Source: Macrostomum lignano (Eukaryota). Taken from it: a DNA stretch of 64,000 nucleotides. Shown here piece after piece: positions 52,763 to 64,000 of the stretch. The translations under genes were made by a program, and so were the position numbers. The DNA is taken from NCBI GenBank assembly GCA_002269645.1, contig NIVC01000127.1, forward strand, positions 496,001-560,000, in the 5' to 3' direction. Every line of letters starts with the position of its first letter. Position 1 is the stretch's first letter. The notes beneath the pieces are model-generated. The model made no database searches. It was not told where the DNA came from and worked only from the letters and a program-made list of their open reading frames with translations.

Positions 52763-53268
52763 GAATAATCCCACCACTGCCACCAAAGTTGTTATAGGGC
52801 TACTTGTTCTTGCTATAACTATCCTACTACTGCGACCAAAGTTATAGCAATATTCCTATACAATACAAAATCCCATTGGTTAGCCACCAAAGTTGTCGTA
52901 GGGGTTTTCTTCCCCCTTTTAGCTATTCTACTAATACCACTAAGTTGTAACAGGCTAAAGCTTCTCTCTATTAAAACTCCTACTGAGGTCACCAAAGTTG
53001 TAATAGGGTTTAACTTCTGTCTCTAAATGTTGTTAGTTGCCACCAAGACTATTCTATTGTAAAGTGCCTCTCCTTCTCAGGTTCTTAAGATGTTCCTAGA
53101 AAATAAAACCCGCTGCTCCTAAAGAAGCTAGATAGCACCATAGTACTACCTATTGATTTGCCTGAAAATGAACCTAAAACGTTGCCATGAATTGGTAGGG
53201 TTGCTGCCACCTTGGTGTGCAGACTCGACGCGTCGGCAGAGTTGTCTATCCGTCACCTGAAAGAAAAA

Positions 53269-53855
53269 TGTCATGCAGCAGTGGTGTGACTCAAGGTCAG
53301 TGGCCACGCACACAGTGCGTGCACAGTCACGTGCTTAGTCTGTGCTAAAAATAGAATCGTGGGTGGATGAGTCATCCTGTTTACTCCCTCTAGGCAGCCC
53401 TTACACTCCGCGTAGGTGATGAGTCATCCTGCAATGCCTCCTCAGTGTGAGTGGGAAGACATTGAGTGTGGCTGCCCGCGCCCGCTCAGGCAATGAGTCA
53501 TTGGGCAGTAAACACATAGGCCCAGCACAGGGTAACTCTCTCACTAGATCAGGTAGACTGAGCTACTGTGCAGCGGATCACAGCACTCTTAGGGAAAGCT
53601 AGTGAATGCTGCTGAATAACCAGTTAGCAGCCAGTCACTACACTACTCGTATTAATAAATTATAAGTTTATTAATCTTAGAATAAGTCTAAGACATGTTT
53701 CTTAGAATTAGTCTGAGTATATATCTTAGTAGTTGTCTGAGTATTACTCTTAGTATTATTCTTTGTATACAAGTTGTATTCTACTGTTATTATAGTAGCA
53801 TTCTACTATTATTCTGGCCTGAGTAGTATATTGGCTTACTGGTAGATATATTACA
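53269..53855 (+). mobile_element. LTR-like segment (3' or solo LTR)
   Basis: TGT...ACA ends, purine tract GAAAGAAAAA immediately upstream, four AP-1 motifs in the 5' half, AATAAA near 53654; no second LTR or TSD found. Confidence 0.4.
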
Positions 53856-54819
53856 TGTACTTCCAATCCTGGGCATTACCAAGATCAGAGGGTCATAGCC
53901 TCTGGTTATTCTTTCATATATTGATTTAGGATCTACATCTTAGTCTCTTACTACTTCCACTTCTCAGTAGTATATACTGTATATGTTCTCTGCCATTTTA
54001 CTTCTCTTCTGCAAATGAATAACTTGAAAAACAATCTTCAATAACATTTACTTAGAACTCTTACTATTTGATACTGGCTTTCTTTCTTAAGGAACCATGA
54101 TGTTGGTCTCTCCTCCACCAAAAATGTTTCTATTTATGCCAAAATTTAATGCTACCTTAAGCAAAAATTAGTTTGCATAAAATATTATGAAAAATACATG
54201 TATTATAACAAATGTGTTTTCCTAGATTTGGCATGCATTCAAAAAGAGTTATACAATGATCAATTTTGTATAAACTTTTTTGTATAGAGTTAAAATTTTG
54301 AATTAGGAAGGGCCCTGCACATTACAAAGGCATAAAACAATTTTATTTGAGACTTGCTTAAAGATAGCGGCTGCTTCTAATCTCGTTCTACCTTGTCTTG
54401 CCATAGACCTAGAAGCTAGCTTTTTAAGGTTGGCAATCTAGTAGCTAGCTGGCCCTTAGGGCTCAAAATCTAGTTGCCAATGGCTATTTTTGGTTGCCTA
54501 TTGGCAACTAGCCAAATTCTTGAGGATGGATATTTCCAAGGCTACATTTAAAACAGAAATTTGTTCTCTCAACTCTAAGATTGCTATCTATGCTGCAAAC
54601 AATAATGAACTAACTACTCCATATATAAATTAATATGGCACTTTTATAATACTTACAAAATCATTTTTTGAAATTGGCAACTGGCATAGAGAAAATGAAG
54701 TTTCCAGATTGGCCTCTGATGCCAAAAATCCAGTTGCCAATGAAATTTTCAAGGGGCCAAAAACCCTATATGACCCAAAAAAACCTGGAAGCCTAGAAGC
54801 CTTCTTGTCAGCTATATAA

Positions 54820-55318
54820 CCATAGTCCAGATCATGCTGGGTACATGCCCGAACAAAAATTTAATAATTACAAATGCATGCCAAAATATAGTGCATGCCC
54901 ATTCTCAAAAATACGCCAGTGTTGTGACAATAAATGACTTTTATGTTGTGACAATTAGAAACCTTTTTAATTGCGTAATAGACCCTAAATACCAGATAAT
55001 TTGGTTACTTTTTATGCTTTTTCAGCGATACTATTTATACAAAAATTTATACATGCAAAGATTTGTTTAAATGCTCTTTTACAAACTTGAAAAAAAACTA
55101 GAAAGAAAGCTTGAAATTTGCACTTAAAAATGAACTTTTTTCATCTTTTTTCTACTTCACAATAACTCTTATACATGATTCTATAAAGTGTATGCCAGGT
55201 GTGCACGCATACTATTTTCTCAGGAGTGATGCATGCCAACTATGCACGCCTAATTTTGGCATGCAACACCAATGCATGCCTGAATTTTCAGGCATATACT
55301 ACATGATCCGGAGTGTGG
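54820..55318. mobile_element. MITE (499 bp) with 8-bp TSD
   Basis: Degenerate TIRs CCATAGTCCAGATCATG / CCACACTCCGGATCATG; direct repeat CTATATAA on both sides (54812-54819, 55319-55326; extends to 9 bp, GCTATATAA). Confidence 0.7.
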
Positions 55319-55769
55319 CTATATAATTGGCTTCATTTTCCCTATATGTACTACTTTTTTCTATCCTTGATCTTTATCATCAGCATCTGCAAATCAGACA
55401 ACTTCATAATTTAATGGTAAAATCCTTGGCACTACTCAATAAGGTCTAGACCAAGGCACATAGTGCTTGTAGGACTGCCTTGAGTCACATTGACAGTAAT
55501 GCAATAGAGGCATAAAGATCCATACTAGTACATTCTCAATGAACTTTATCTGCTTAGCATTCTGGTTATAAAAATGCTTTTGTTGCCTTTACACTGCAGG
55601 TGTTGTTATTTGGATAGCCTTCTAGGCTTTAAGCAACCATTTTTTAGTTAACTGCGCAAAAGTTGCAGGTATGTGTGCAGGTTTCAATGCTTAGTGTGCT
55701 GCATCAAGTGGCAGAACCACTGCATAACCAGTCATAAGAAAATGAGGAGTGAAACTTATACCTGAATTT

Positions 55770-57640
55770 ATAGAGCTTCAATATGCCATTCAGCCATTAA
55801 GCAATGAGCTATCACAGTCTCCCATTCTTCTAGTTCAACCTTCTGCAAATAGCAATGCAGTATATTATGCAACATATAGTAAAATATTTCAATAAGACCA
55901 TTACACTGTGGGTAGAATACCATTGTTTGGGTCTTTTGGATATCAAAAACCTTATACAAGTTCTTAACCACTTCTATCAATGGCTCTATTGAAGTGCAAG
56001 ATGTGGGGCATGCCCCAGTGACAAATCCAATGATTGAATAGTGCATTGGCTATTGTAGAAGCTCTCTTATCTGGCAGCAGTGGCATAGCAAGGGGGGTAT
56101 TGGTATATTGGCTGATACCTCCAAAATTTGATGTCTTAATTTTTTTTGCATTCAGTTTCTTCAAACAAAAGAAATGAATTAATTGTTTTTTTAATCCATG
56201 TTAGGAAATTAAAGATAGTGTAGCAAGTACAAAACTTCAAGCAAATTCTGGTGATTCATTCCACAGTCTTGAGGGTTGTTATTGCATGAGCCCTAGGGGT
56301 TCCAGTTCCATTTTAGTGAGTGACTCGTCACTCGAATCACTTGAATCATTGTCCTCATGGACTGGACTGCAAGTGCAATGAAATGAATCAGAAAGCAGAA
56401 TGGGATGCAGAGACCCAGTGTAACACTGTTTAGCTAGAATTTACCCTTCTCTTTAAAGCCAAAATCACTGGAATGGAGTCTGAACTTGCCGAGGCCTGGA
56501 TATCGAGGCCTGGAGTTGAATTTCTCTCTCCCAGTCACAATCTCAGGACCCCACCCAACCCCAGTATGCATGTATTGTACATACATGTTGGTTGGCCCTG
56601 CCCCGCCCCACCCTGGCCTTACCCCACCCCTTCCCCTTTCATCCCCAACCCCTTCCCCTCCCAGCTCTTAATTAAATTGACACAGCCTGTTTTAACAAAG
56701 CAATGGATATTGACTTTTGTTATCTGTGACTGTTACAAGCCTTGCCCTCTACTAGTTTATTATTGAAAAAAACAATGAGCAAGCGAAAGGTACAGTCTCA
56801 TGATATCTGTTCAATATTTGATAACTTTAAGAGGTCTTGCCCACGTCCTGTGCCTTCTGAACCTTCTGACTCTGAGCTTTCTGCTAGTACAGCAGCTGCA
56901 ACTGGGGCTGGACCATGCTTGACTGGCTCTACTTCATCTACAGTGCCTGTACTGCCTCTAGCTCTGCCTACTGAATGTGAACCAGAATGCTCACCATCGC
57001 TGAGCATTCCTATGAGTCTGTGACCCCTGTCAAACAACTCTACTCAGACTGCTCTTGCTGTTGCTGTCTGTATTGCATGTTGATGTTATTGCTATTACAT
57101 GTATATTTACCCATATTTCACTACAAGTGTAATTGTATTTGTTTTTTTACTACAAGCATATGCATCCAATTTAACTTGCTCTTCCTGGCAAATTTATTCA
57201 AAAAAATTAAAATGTTACAAATTGATGGTAGACCCATGGCCATAAGGAAAGATTGGTTATTTTTGACATTTAAGACCAACAAACAAATATAGGATTACGC
57301 TGGATAGAACCAAAACCGATATCCCCAAAAAATCCTGGCTATGCCCCTGTCTGGCAGTGGTACTAATTCAACCCACTTTGTAAAGTAATCTATGATTGTC
57401 AGCATATGATCATTCCCCTTGGTGGATGTTGCAATTTTACTATATTTATTCCAATTCATTGCATTAGAAACCCTGTAGTAATATGACAAAGAAGGGCATT
57501 TCTGGCTATTGATGGCTTTGCCCACTGATACTGCTAACATTCTCTTATGTAAATGTTGACATCATTGGCTAATTTTGGCCAATAAAACTGCTGCTTGAGT
57601 GTATTCACTATGTGCATGCATACTTTAGTGGATGCTTTAC
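55770..57640 (-). mobile_element. Decayed Ty3/Gypsy integrase, split by a hAT insertion
   Basis: LKQQFYWPKLANDV..YIREC, GNDHMLTIIDYFTKWVELVPLPD | KRASTIANALFNHWICHWGMP, FDIQKTQTMVFYPQCNGLIE; multiple stops and frameshifts. Confidence 0.85.
56078..57349 (+). mobile_element. Internally deleted hAT (Tip100-like) element inserted in the Gypsy integrase
   Basis: TIRs CAGTGGCATAGC / CAGGGGCATAGC; perfect 8-bp TSD TCTGGCAG (56070-56077, 57350-57357); internal MSKRKVQSHDICSIFDNFKR resembles a transposase N-terminus. Confidence 0.85.
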
Positions 57641-58249
57641 TTAAAAAAGGTTTTTGTTGCACACCTCAGGACCATACATGCGCAACAGTTGGCCAATCTG
57701 GCTGACCATTTTGGCAGCCAACCAAGGTAAGTTGCAAAAATGTCCACCCAAATAAATACCCAAGTAGTACTAAGTAGATAATGAGGCATTTTACCTTAAT
57801 AAGACTTTTTTATTTTTATTTTTTATTTTATTTTTGAGTTTTTTTACATGTAAGTCACATTTTTGGCCAAAAACTATGTTGCATTTTTTGTTAAAACAAA
57901 GTTGCATGGCCAACCAAATTTTAGAGGTTGCACATGTATGCTCAGAACTCACACTTACATTCACATTTAGAGAGAGCTGAAGCCCACCTCCAATTAAGCA
58001 AGATGAGCATCTTACCCATTTAAAAAAGGTTCATGACTAATAGAATACATGCAATAATAGTATTACCTTTAATTAACTCAACCCAAATAAGATACCAGAA
58101 AGCCACTTACTTAGTTGGGATAGCACCAGTTGTTTGACAACCATGCAATGATCATTGGGAAAGTACCATAGCTTATATCTATTGTCCAGAGCTGTGGCAA
58201 CTTTGTGATACTCATCAAAAATATTTTTCTTAAAGCAAGTGTCTTTGCT

Positions 58250-59077
58250 GAGCCTCCAACTGATTCTTTAAGTGTATCCTTTATGCACAGCTGCAGTGTG
58301 TAGGTAGTACAATCTGCATTCTGCACTTCAAGGAGCCTTCCACATGTTGTCACCTGCATCATGGAGTATGATTATGATGCTGCCATCCAAACCAAACTCT
58401 GCAACTTTATTGGTTATCAGTGATGAAATGTAGGCATCTGTATAGGCTGACTCAATTAGCAAAGCACCAAGCACATAATTTTGCCACTTTAACTGGTTAT
58501 TAAAGAAGTGCTCTGTGATGCTCAAAAGATCAGATGTGATAGCCATTTGGACATCATTAGGTAGGCTGGGCTTCAGGCCATTGAGTATCTTATAGTTCAG
58601 GGTATCTAGCTGGCTTCTGTAGAAGTGTTCTGATTTGAATTTATATTGGCTCTCTAGTACAGCCACTAGGCGTTTGATTCATACACAGTTCACAACTTCG
58701 AAAGGATCATTGTCTAGTAAAATTATCTACAAGACTTTCTAGTCAAGTTCCTTTGCCCTTGGGTAGTTTGGTGGCTATTTTTGGCCATTTTCCTTTAGCT
58801 CAAATAATGTTCTCTGCTTTAGCTAGCTATGGCTTGAGGTGGCAGCAGCTTCTAATTTTGCCTTTTTGCAGCACTTTTTGCTGCATCATCTGCCATCATT
58901 TCCTCATATTGTGCTTGATGAGGCCTTTTTATATGGTGGCACAAGCTAATTGTGCCACTGCTGGTCCCACAGTTCACATTAAACCCACAAAGCTTGCACT
59001 TAGCAAGGTGACTATCAATACTATTCTGTTCAGTAAAATACCTCCATATAACAGGTGGTATTCTTTTCTTTTTCCAT
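58250..59077 (-). mobile_element. Decayed hAT (Ac/ZBED-type) transposase
   Basis: BED finger IWRYF...AKCKLCG...GTISLCHHIKRPH; DNDPFEVV...RLVAVLESQY; AITSDL..ITEHF...NYVLG...EFGL...ILHDAGDNMWKA (DDE region); C..YTLQLCIKD; stops and frameshifts; termini not found. Confidence 0.8.
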
Positions 59078-59559
59078 TGCTAGTTTAATGGTAGACCAAC
59101 TGGCTGGCTTAGCTGGAATGTTGGCCAAAATGTTACAAGCATGTAAAGTTCAAAAACATTGGTACTTAATATAAAACACAAAATGGTAAAATAAAATAAA
59201 TAAATTCTTTTTTCTTTCTCTATATTTTTGGTTTTCAAAATCAAAACAAATCCTAAATTCCAAGAGATCCTAGGAGTGCAATGTAAAGTGGCAAACTGCA
59301 GCAAAGCAAAGTGCAGACTAGAAATTTAAAAATAGAAAGGTAATGTGTGCATGTGTGTACTGTGTATGAATCTTAAAGACATAGACTCTTATATAGTCAA
59401 GACATCTAGTATATTGCTTTGCAACATGATTATTTATTACTTTCTCCACTCTTAATTGCACTGGCTAGTGGGTGTGGTGTGGCTAGTAAGAGGTTATGTA
59501 ACTTATGTTATCAATAGAATAGTACAAACTTAACAAAGCATTTATAAACAAGATTGGTT

Positions 59560-60470
59560 TCACTTAAAAGAAATATTTTCCACTGTCTTAGCTACTCCAA
59601 AGTGTCCCTGTGAATGAATTTCATCAATCAACTCATGTCACTTTGCTGGAAGAGTTAGCACTGGCTTTGTTTTCACTAAAAAGTGCATCAGAGTAGCATG
59701 ATCTACTCTAATCAAAAACTTATGCCCTGCAAGATAGGATCTAAACTTCTTATTGTACATGATTCAAGTACCACTAATAATTCTCTTTGAGTGACACAAT
59801 AATTTCTTTCTGCTAGATTCAATGCACAACTATTGCAAGCAATTACTTTTTTTGTATCCATTTTGGACCTGCAACAAACACAACCTACGCCAAATCCACT
59901 AGCATCTGTATCAAGAATGAATGGACTGCTACTACTTGTAGTTTCAGGAAGGGCTAGGATTGGTGCTGAGGTCAAGCATTGCTTCAAGCTTTCAAAACAC
60001 TATTCTTGTTCTTCTATCCATGTGAAATGTTGGTTCTTTAAAGTCAGTTGGCGCAAAGGTTCAGCTAATGAAGAAATGTTTTGTATGAATTTGTGATCTA
60101 GTATGATGCAAGGCCTAAAAAACTTTGCACTTGCTTTATAGTTCATGGTTGAGGCCAAGTACAAATTACTTGTACTTTTTTTGTTGACCACAATACCATT
60201 TGGAGTGATTTTATAACCAGAGTATCTTGATAGATTTTGAAGCAAAGAGACATTTGCTAAGCTTTAAATGGAGGTTAGGATCTTTAAGAAATTGGAGGAC
60301 TTTTGTAAGGTTCTTATTATGTTCTTGTAATGACCTGCCCAAAAAGGCACATTTTTAAGACTAAATGGTGTCACACAGAATTGATACAGGCCCTGATGGC
60401 ATATAAATGCAGTTTTCTCACTATCATCCTGGTACTATCATTCTGGAAAATATCCCATTGCTTGTTAAGC
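59560..60470 (-). mobile_element. Decayed Ty3/Gypsy RT - RNase H - integrase HH fragment
   Basis: EKTAFICHQGLYQFCVTPFSLKNVP; LAEPLRQLT; LTSAPILALP..PFILDTDASGFGVG; AERNYCVTQRELL; IRVDHATL; EIHSQGHFGVAKT. Confidence 0.85.
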
Positions 60471-61524
60471 CTAATTACTAATAAGACTACGCTTTGCTAG
60501 TCAGACTTTGCTTGCCTTAATACTAAAATACTAAAATCCTAAAATAAGACTTTGCTTGCCTTAGTACTATACTATTTATATTAATAATATATCATGTAAA
60601 GTCAGTAGCACCTTTTGTTTGATTGGCCTAAGTGGTCTTATAGTACTAAATCTATGAATGATCTTATTCCAATTCCTAAGTTTATTCCAAGGAAAATTTC
60701 TCTTTTAGTCCTTGTATTACTAAAGTTTAAAATAAAAAGTCATAGCTCATGGCACCCAGTTAAATACTAAATCTGCAGTGGAATTGGAATGGAATAGCAC
60801 AATAAAATATAGAATCTGTAATGAAAAGGTAAATTTTAGAATGAACTACAGATTCCACTAACTTTCAATTAGGCCTACCCACAAATTTCCTAAAAATATT
60901 AATATTATATTTATTAACACCCTAATTAAAAAATTATAGCTTTTTTCTCTAGGTTTCTAGAAAAAGAAAAAAACAAATATAAAGAAAGAAAGAGCATTAA
61001 CTAGTTGAAGCCAAATAGAAAATTTTAAATTGCATGCAAACCAAAGCTATGTTACACAGAGGCTCTTCAAATACAACTGTTGCATATTTGTAAAATTTTA
61101 GCAGGCTATGTACATGTTTTTCTGTTGCACAAAGATAGATAGATAGATAGATAGGCACTGTAGTGTAGGAACAAAAAGATAAGTATTCTTACTCCACACC
61201 CAGGGCAATGGGGTTTTATTTTTAGAATTAAAGAAACTAAACCACATCATTGTGTTCTCTATATTTTGCATGTTTTGTGCTTATAGTTATTTTTAGCCTC
61301 AACTGCTAAGTTAGTTTGGGGTGGATCTGAAAAGGGCCGTTTTACTTTACAGTTAGTCCTTTTAATACACAAAACATGTATGACAGCACGTTTCACTTGC
61401 TAGTAAAGAATGTTTTAATGATTTTTTTATTTTAGTAGAATTCCTGTTCATGTTTTATAATAAACATTTCTATCGATTTCTTATTTCAGACATTGCCCCC
61501 CCACCACCAGGCCAAAAGTCTGCC

Positions 61525-63307
61525 ATGAACTCGCTAAGCGTGCCAGCTGTGACCCAGGCCGGTTTCAACATGACAGTCGGTCCGCCAACCTCCGTATCCA
61601 GCCCGCAGCAGGAGAAAGAGCTCCTCTATCGTTGGATCCTTGATCTAAACAGTCTGGAGAGTCGCGAGACCGCCCTGCTGGAGCTGTCAAGGAAGCGTGA
61701 CGCCATTCCGGAACTGGCTCCTCTGCTGTGGAACTCCTTTGGCACCATTGCCGCTCTGCTTCAGGAGATTGTGCAGATCTATCCGTATATTCACCCGCCC
61801 GTGCTGTCTGTGAGTTTCCTAACCGGCTGCTCTTATAGCTCACTTCCAAGTTCGTGTGTGTAGAATTTATAAAAGTTTATCGCTCTTTAACCACCCTGAC
61901 AATCGCTGCTCAAACGCCCCGAGAATCGCCTCTCAACCACCCTGAGAATCACCTCTCAACCACCCTGAGAATCTCCTCTCAACCACCCTGAGAATCACCT
62001 CTCAACCACCCTGAGAATCGCCTCTCAACCACCCTGAGAATCGCCTCTCAACCATCCTGAGAATCACCTCTCAACCACCCTGAGAATCGCCTCTCAACCA
62101 CCCTGAGAATCGCCTCTCAACCACCCTGAGAATCACCTCTCAACCACCCTGAGAATCGCCTCTCAACCACCCTGAGAATCGCCTCTCAACCATCCTGAGA
62201 ATCACCTCTCAACCACTCTGAGAATCACCTCTCAACCACCCTGAGAATCGCCTCTCAACCATCCTGAGAATCACCTCTCAACCACCCTGAGAATCGCCTC
62301 TCAACCATGCTGAGAATCGCCTCTCAACCACCCTGAGAATCACCTCTCAACCACCCTGAGAATCGCTGCTCAACCATGCTGAGAATCGCCTCTCAACCAC
62401 TCTGAGAATCGCTGCTCAACCATGCTGAGAATCGCTGCTCAACCATGCTGAGAATCGCTGCTCAACCATGCTGAGAATCGTCTCTCAACCACCCTGAGAA
62501 TCGCTGCTCAACCACCCTGAGAATCGCTGCTCAACCACCCTGAGAATCACCTCTCAACCATGCTGAGAATCGCCTCTCAACCACCCTGAGAATCGCCTCT
62601 CAACCACCCTGAGAATCGCTGCTCAACCACCCTGAGAATCGCTGCTCAACCACCTGAGAATCGCTCCTAATCGCGGCATATCCCTATCAAAAATCCACTT
62701 AACGAACCCTTAAGCTTGCTTAGAATGAAATACACTGTACAGGTAACTTAATTCCACCGCACCGCAGGCGCACCAGTCCAACCGGGTCTGCCACGCCCTG
62801 GCCCTGCTGCAGTGCGTGGCCTCTCATCCGGACACTCGGGCCCAATTCTTGCAGACGTCAATTCCACTCTATCTCTATTCGTTCCTGCACACATCGTGCC
62901 GATCCCGCCCGTTCGAGTATCTGCGGCTCACCTCGCTAGGCGTTATTGGCGCCCTGGTTAAAACAGACGATGCGGACGTGATCGCCTTCCTGCTGCACAC
63001 GGAGATCATACCGCTGTGCCTGCGCATCATGGAGACGGGCTCGGAGCTGAGTAAAACTGTGGCCACTTTTATCTTGCAAAAGATTCTGCTTGACGATACC
63101 GGCTTAGCTTATATCTGCCAAACCTACGAGAGATTCGCCCACGTGGCCAGCATCCTTAACAAGATGGTGCAGTTCCTGGCTAGGGAGAGGAGCGCCCGCC
63201 TATTGAAGCCGGTGGTTCGATGCTACACCCGCCTGGCCGATAATCCGCGGGCAAGGCAGGCCCTGGCTACCACTCTGCCTGATGCGCTGCGGGACGACAC
63301 TTTTCAG
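61525..63307 (+). CDS. CNOT9: CCR4-NOT subunit 9 (Rcd1/RQCD1/Caf40), 3'-partial; exons 61525-61809 (acceptor at 61489) and 62768-63307
   Basis: [102 protein letters not shown]; GT-AG intron 61810-62767 in phase 0; donor at 63308. Confidence 0.96.
61915..62665. repeat. 23-bp minisatellite, CNOT9 intron
   Basis: Unit CTGAGAATCGCCTCTCAACCACC. Confidence 0.95.
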
Positions 63308-63339
63308 GTTGGTTACCGGCTGGTGGGCTGGGGGAGCCG

Positions 63340-64000
63340 CTGCTCACTCTGGGATCTGAGGGGATGCTCACTCTGGGATCTGAGGTGATGCTGACTCTGG
63401 GATCTGAGGTGATGCTCACTCTGGGATCTGAGGTGATGCTCACTCTGGGATCTGAGGTGATGCTCACTCTGGGATCTGAGGTGATGCTCACTCTGGGATC
63501 TGAGGTGATGCTCACTCTGGGATCTGAAGAGATTCTCACTCTGGGATCTGAGGTGATGCTCACTCTGGGATCTGAGGTGATGCTCACTCTGGGATCTGAG
63601 GTGATGCTGACTCTGGGATCTGAGGGGATGCTCACTCTGGGATCTGAGGTGATGCTGACTCTGGGATCTGAGGGGATGCTCACTCTGGGATCTGAGGGGA
63701 TGCTCACTCTGGGATCTGAGGGGTTAATGACTGCTCACAGTGGGATCGGAGGGGATAATGACTGCTCACTCTGGGATCTGAGTGGATAATAACTGCTCAC
63801 ACTAAAATCGGAGGGGATAATGACTTCTCACAGTGGAATCGGAGGGGATAATGACTGATCACAGTGGAATCGGTGGGGATAATGACTTCTCACAGTGGAA
63901 TCGGAGGGGATAATGACTGATCACACTGGAATCGGAGGGGATAATGACTGCTCACAGTGGAATCGGAGGGGATAATGACTGATCACACTGGAATCGGAGG
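63340..64000. repeat. 24-bp then 31-bp related minisatellites, CNOT9 intron
   Basis: CTCACTCTGGGATCTGAGGTGATG grading to GATAATGACTGCTCACAGTGGAATCGGAGGG. Confidence 0.93.

Noticed and set aside
54400-54800. Possible hAT MITE with TTGGCAA/TTGCCAA subterminal motifs
   Set aside because: Only one recognisable terminus (TAGGCTTCCAGG on the minus strand); TSD not resolvable.
57668-57945. Possible small MITE (CATACATGCGCAAC / GTTGCACATGTATG inverted repeat)
   Set aside because: Only about 17 bp with mismatches and no TSD; plausible but unsupported.
59690-59712. TAGAGTAGATC as a hAT terminal repeat
   Set aside because: It is coding sequence of the Gypsy RNase H (IRVDHATL); no matching left end or TSD.
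63209-63211. CNOT9 LLKPVVRC (His in known orthologs) and RSK EMLWGGE (36480 region)
   Set aside because: Single substitutions in an assembly that already shows a probable indel error; cannot be interpreted without reads.

Overview
Eukaryotic (animal) genomic DNA with no prokaryotic features. GC-rich exons in minisatellite-filled introns, a tRNA/CORE-type SINE and telomere-like repeats suggest a repeat-rich invertebrate such as a Macrostomum-type flatworm (inference only). I reconstructed four spliced genes by hand from splice sites and phases. Minus strand: (1) a signal-peptide Ig-domain protein, 3 exons over 21 kb, apparently with a GC-AG intron, running off the left edge; (2) a complete 5-exon GPD1 with a 13-Gly insert; (3) a complete 8-exon p90 RSK (RPS6KA) with a 1-nt frameshift in exon 3, probably an assembly error. 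Plus strand: (4) two exons of CNOT9/RQCD1, running off the right edge. About 30 mostly unrelated micro/minisatellite arrays fill the introns, and nearly all long ORFs in the supplied track are repeat artefacts. Between the divergent RSK and CNOT9 genes (about 52-61 kb) is an AT-rich nest of decayed transposons, strongly CpG-depleted from about 53.6 kb: Gypsy pol remnants, a hAT transposase remnant, three TIR elements with 8-bp TSDs and an LTR-like segment. The best leads are the intron-by-intron private minisatellites near splice donors, a TIR element whose subterminal unit grew into an array, a 61-bp double-hairpin insert with a 13-bp TSD, and CpG-deamination signatures in both TEs and arrays. 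I found no single clearly novel multi-gene system. Array boundaries and copy numbers are approximate, read by eye.
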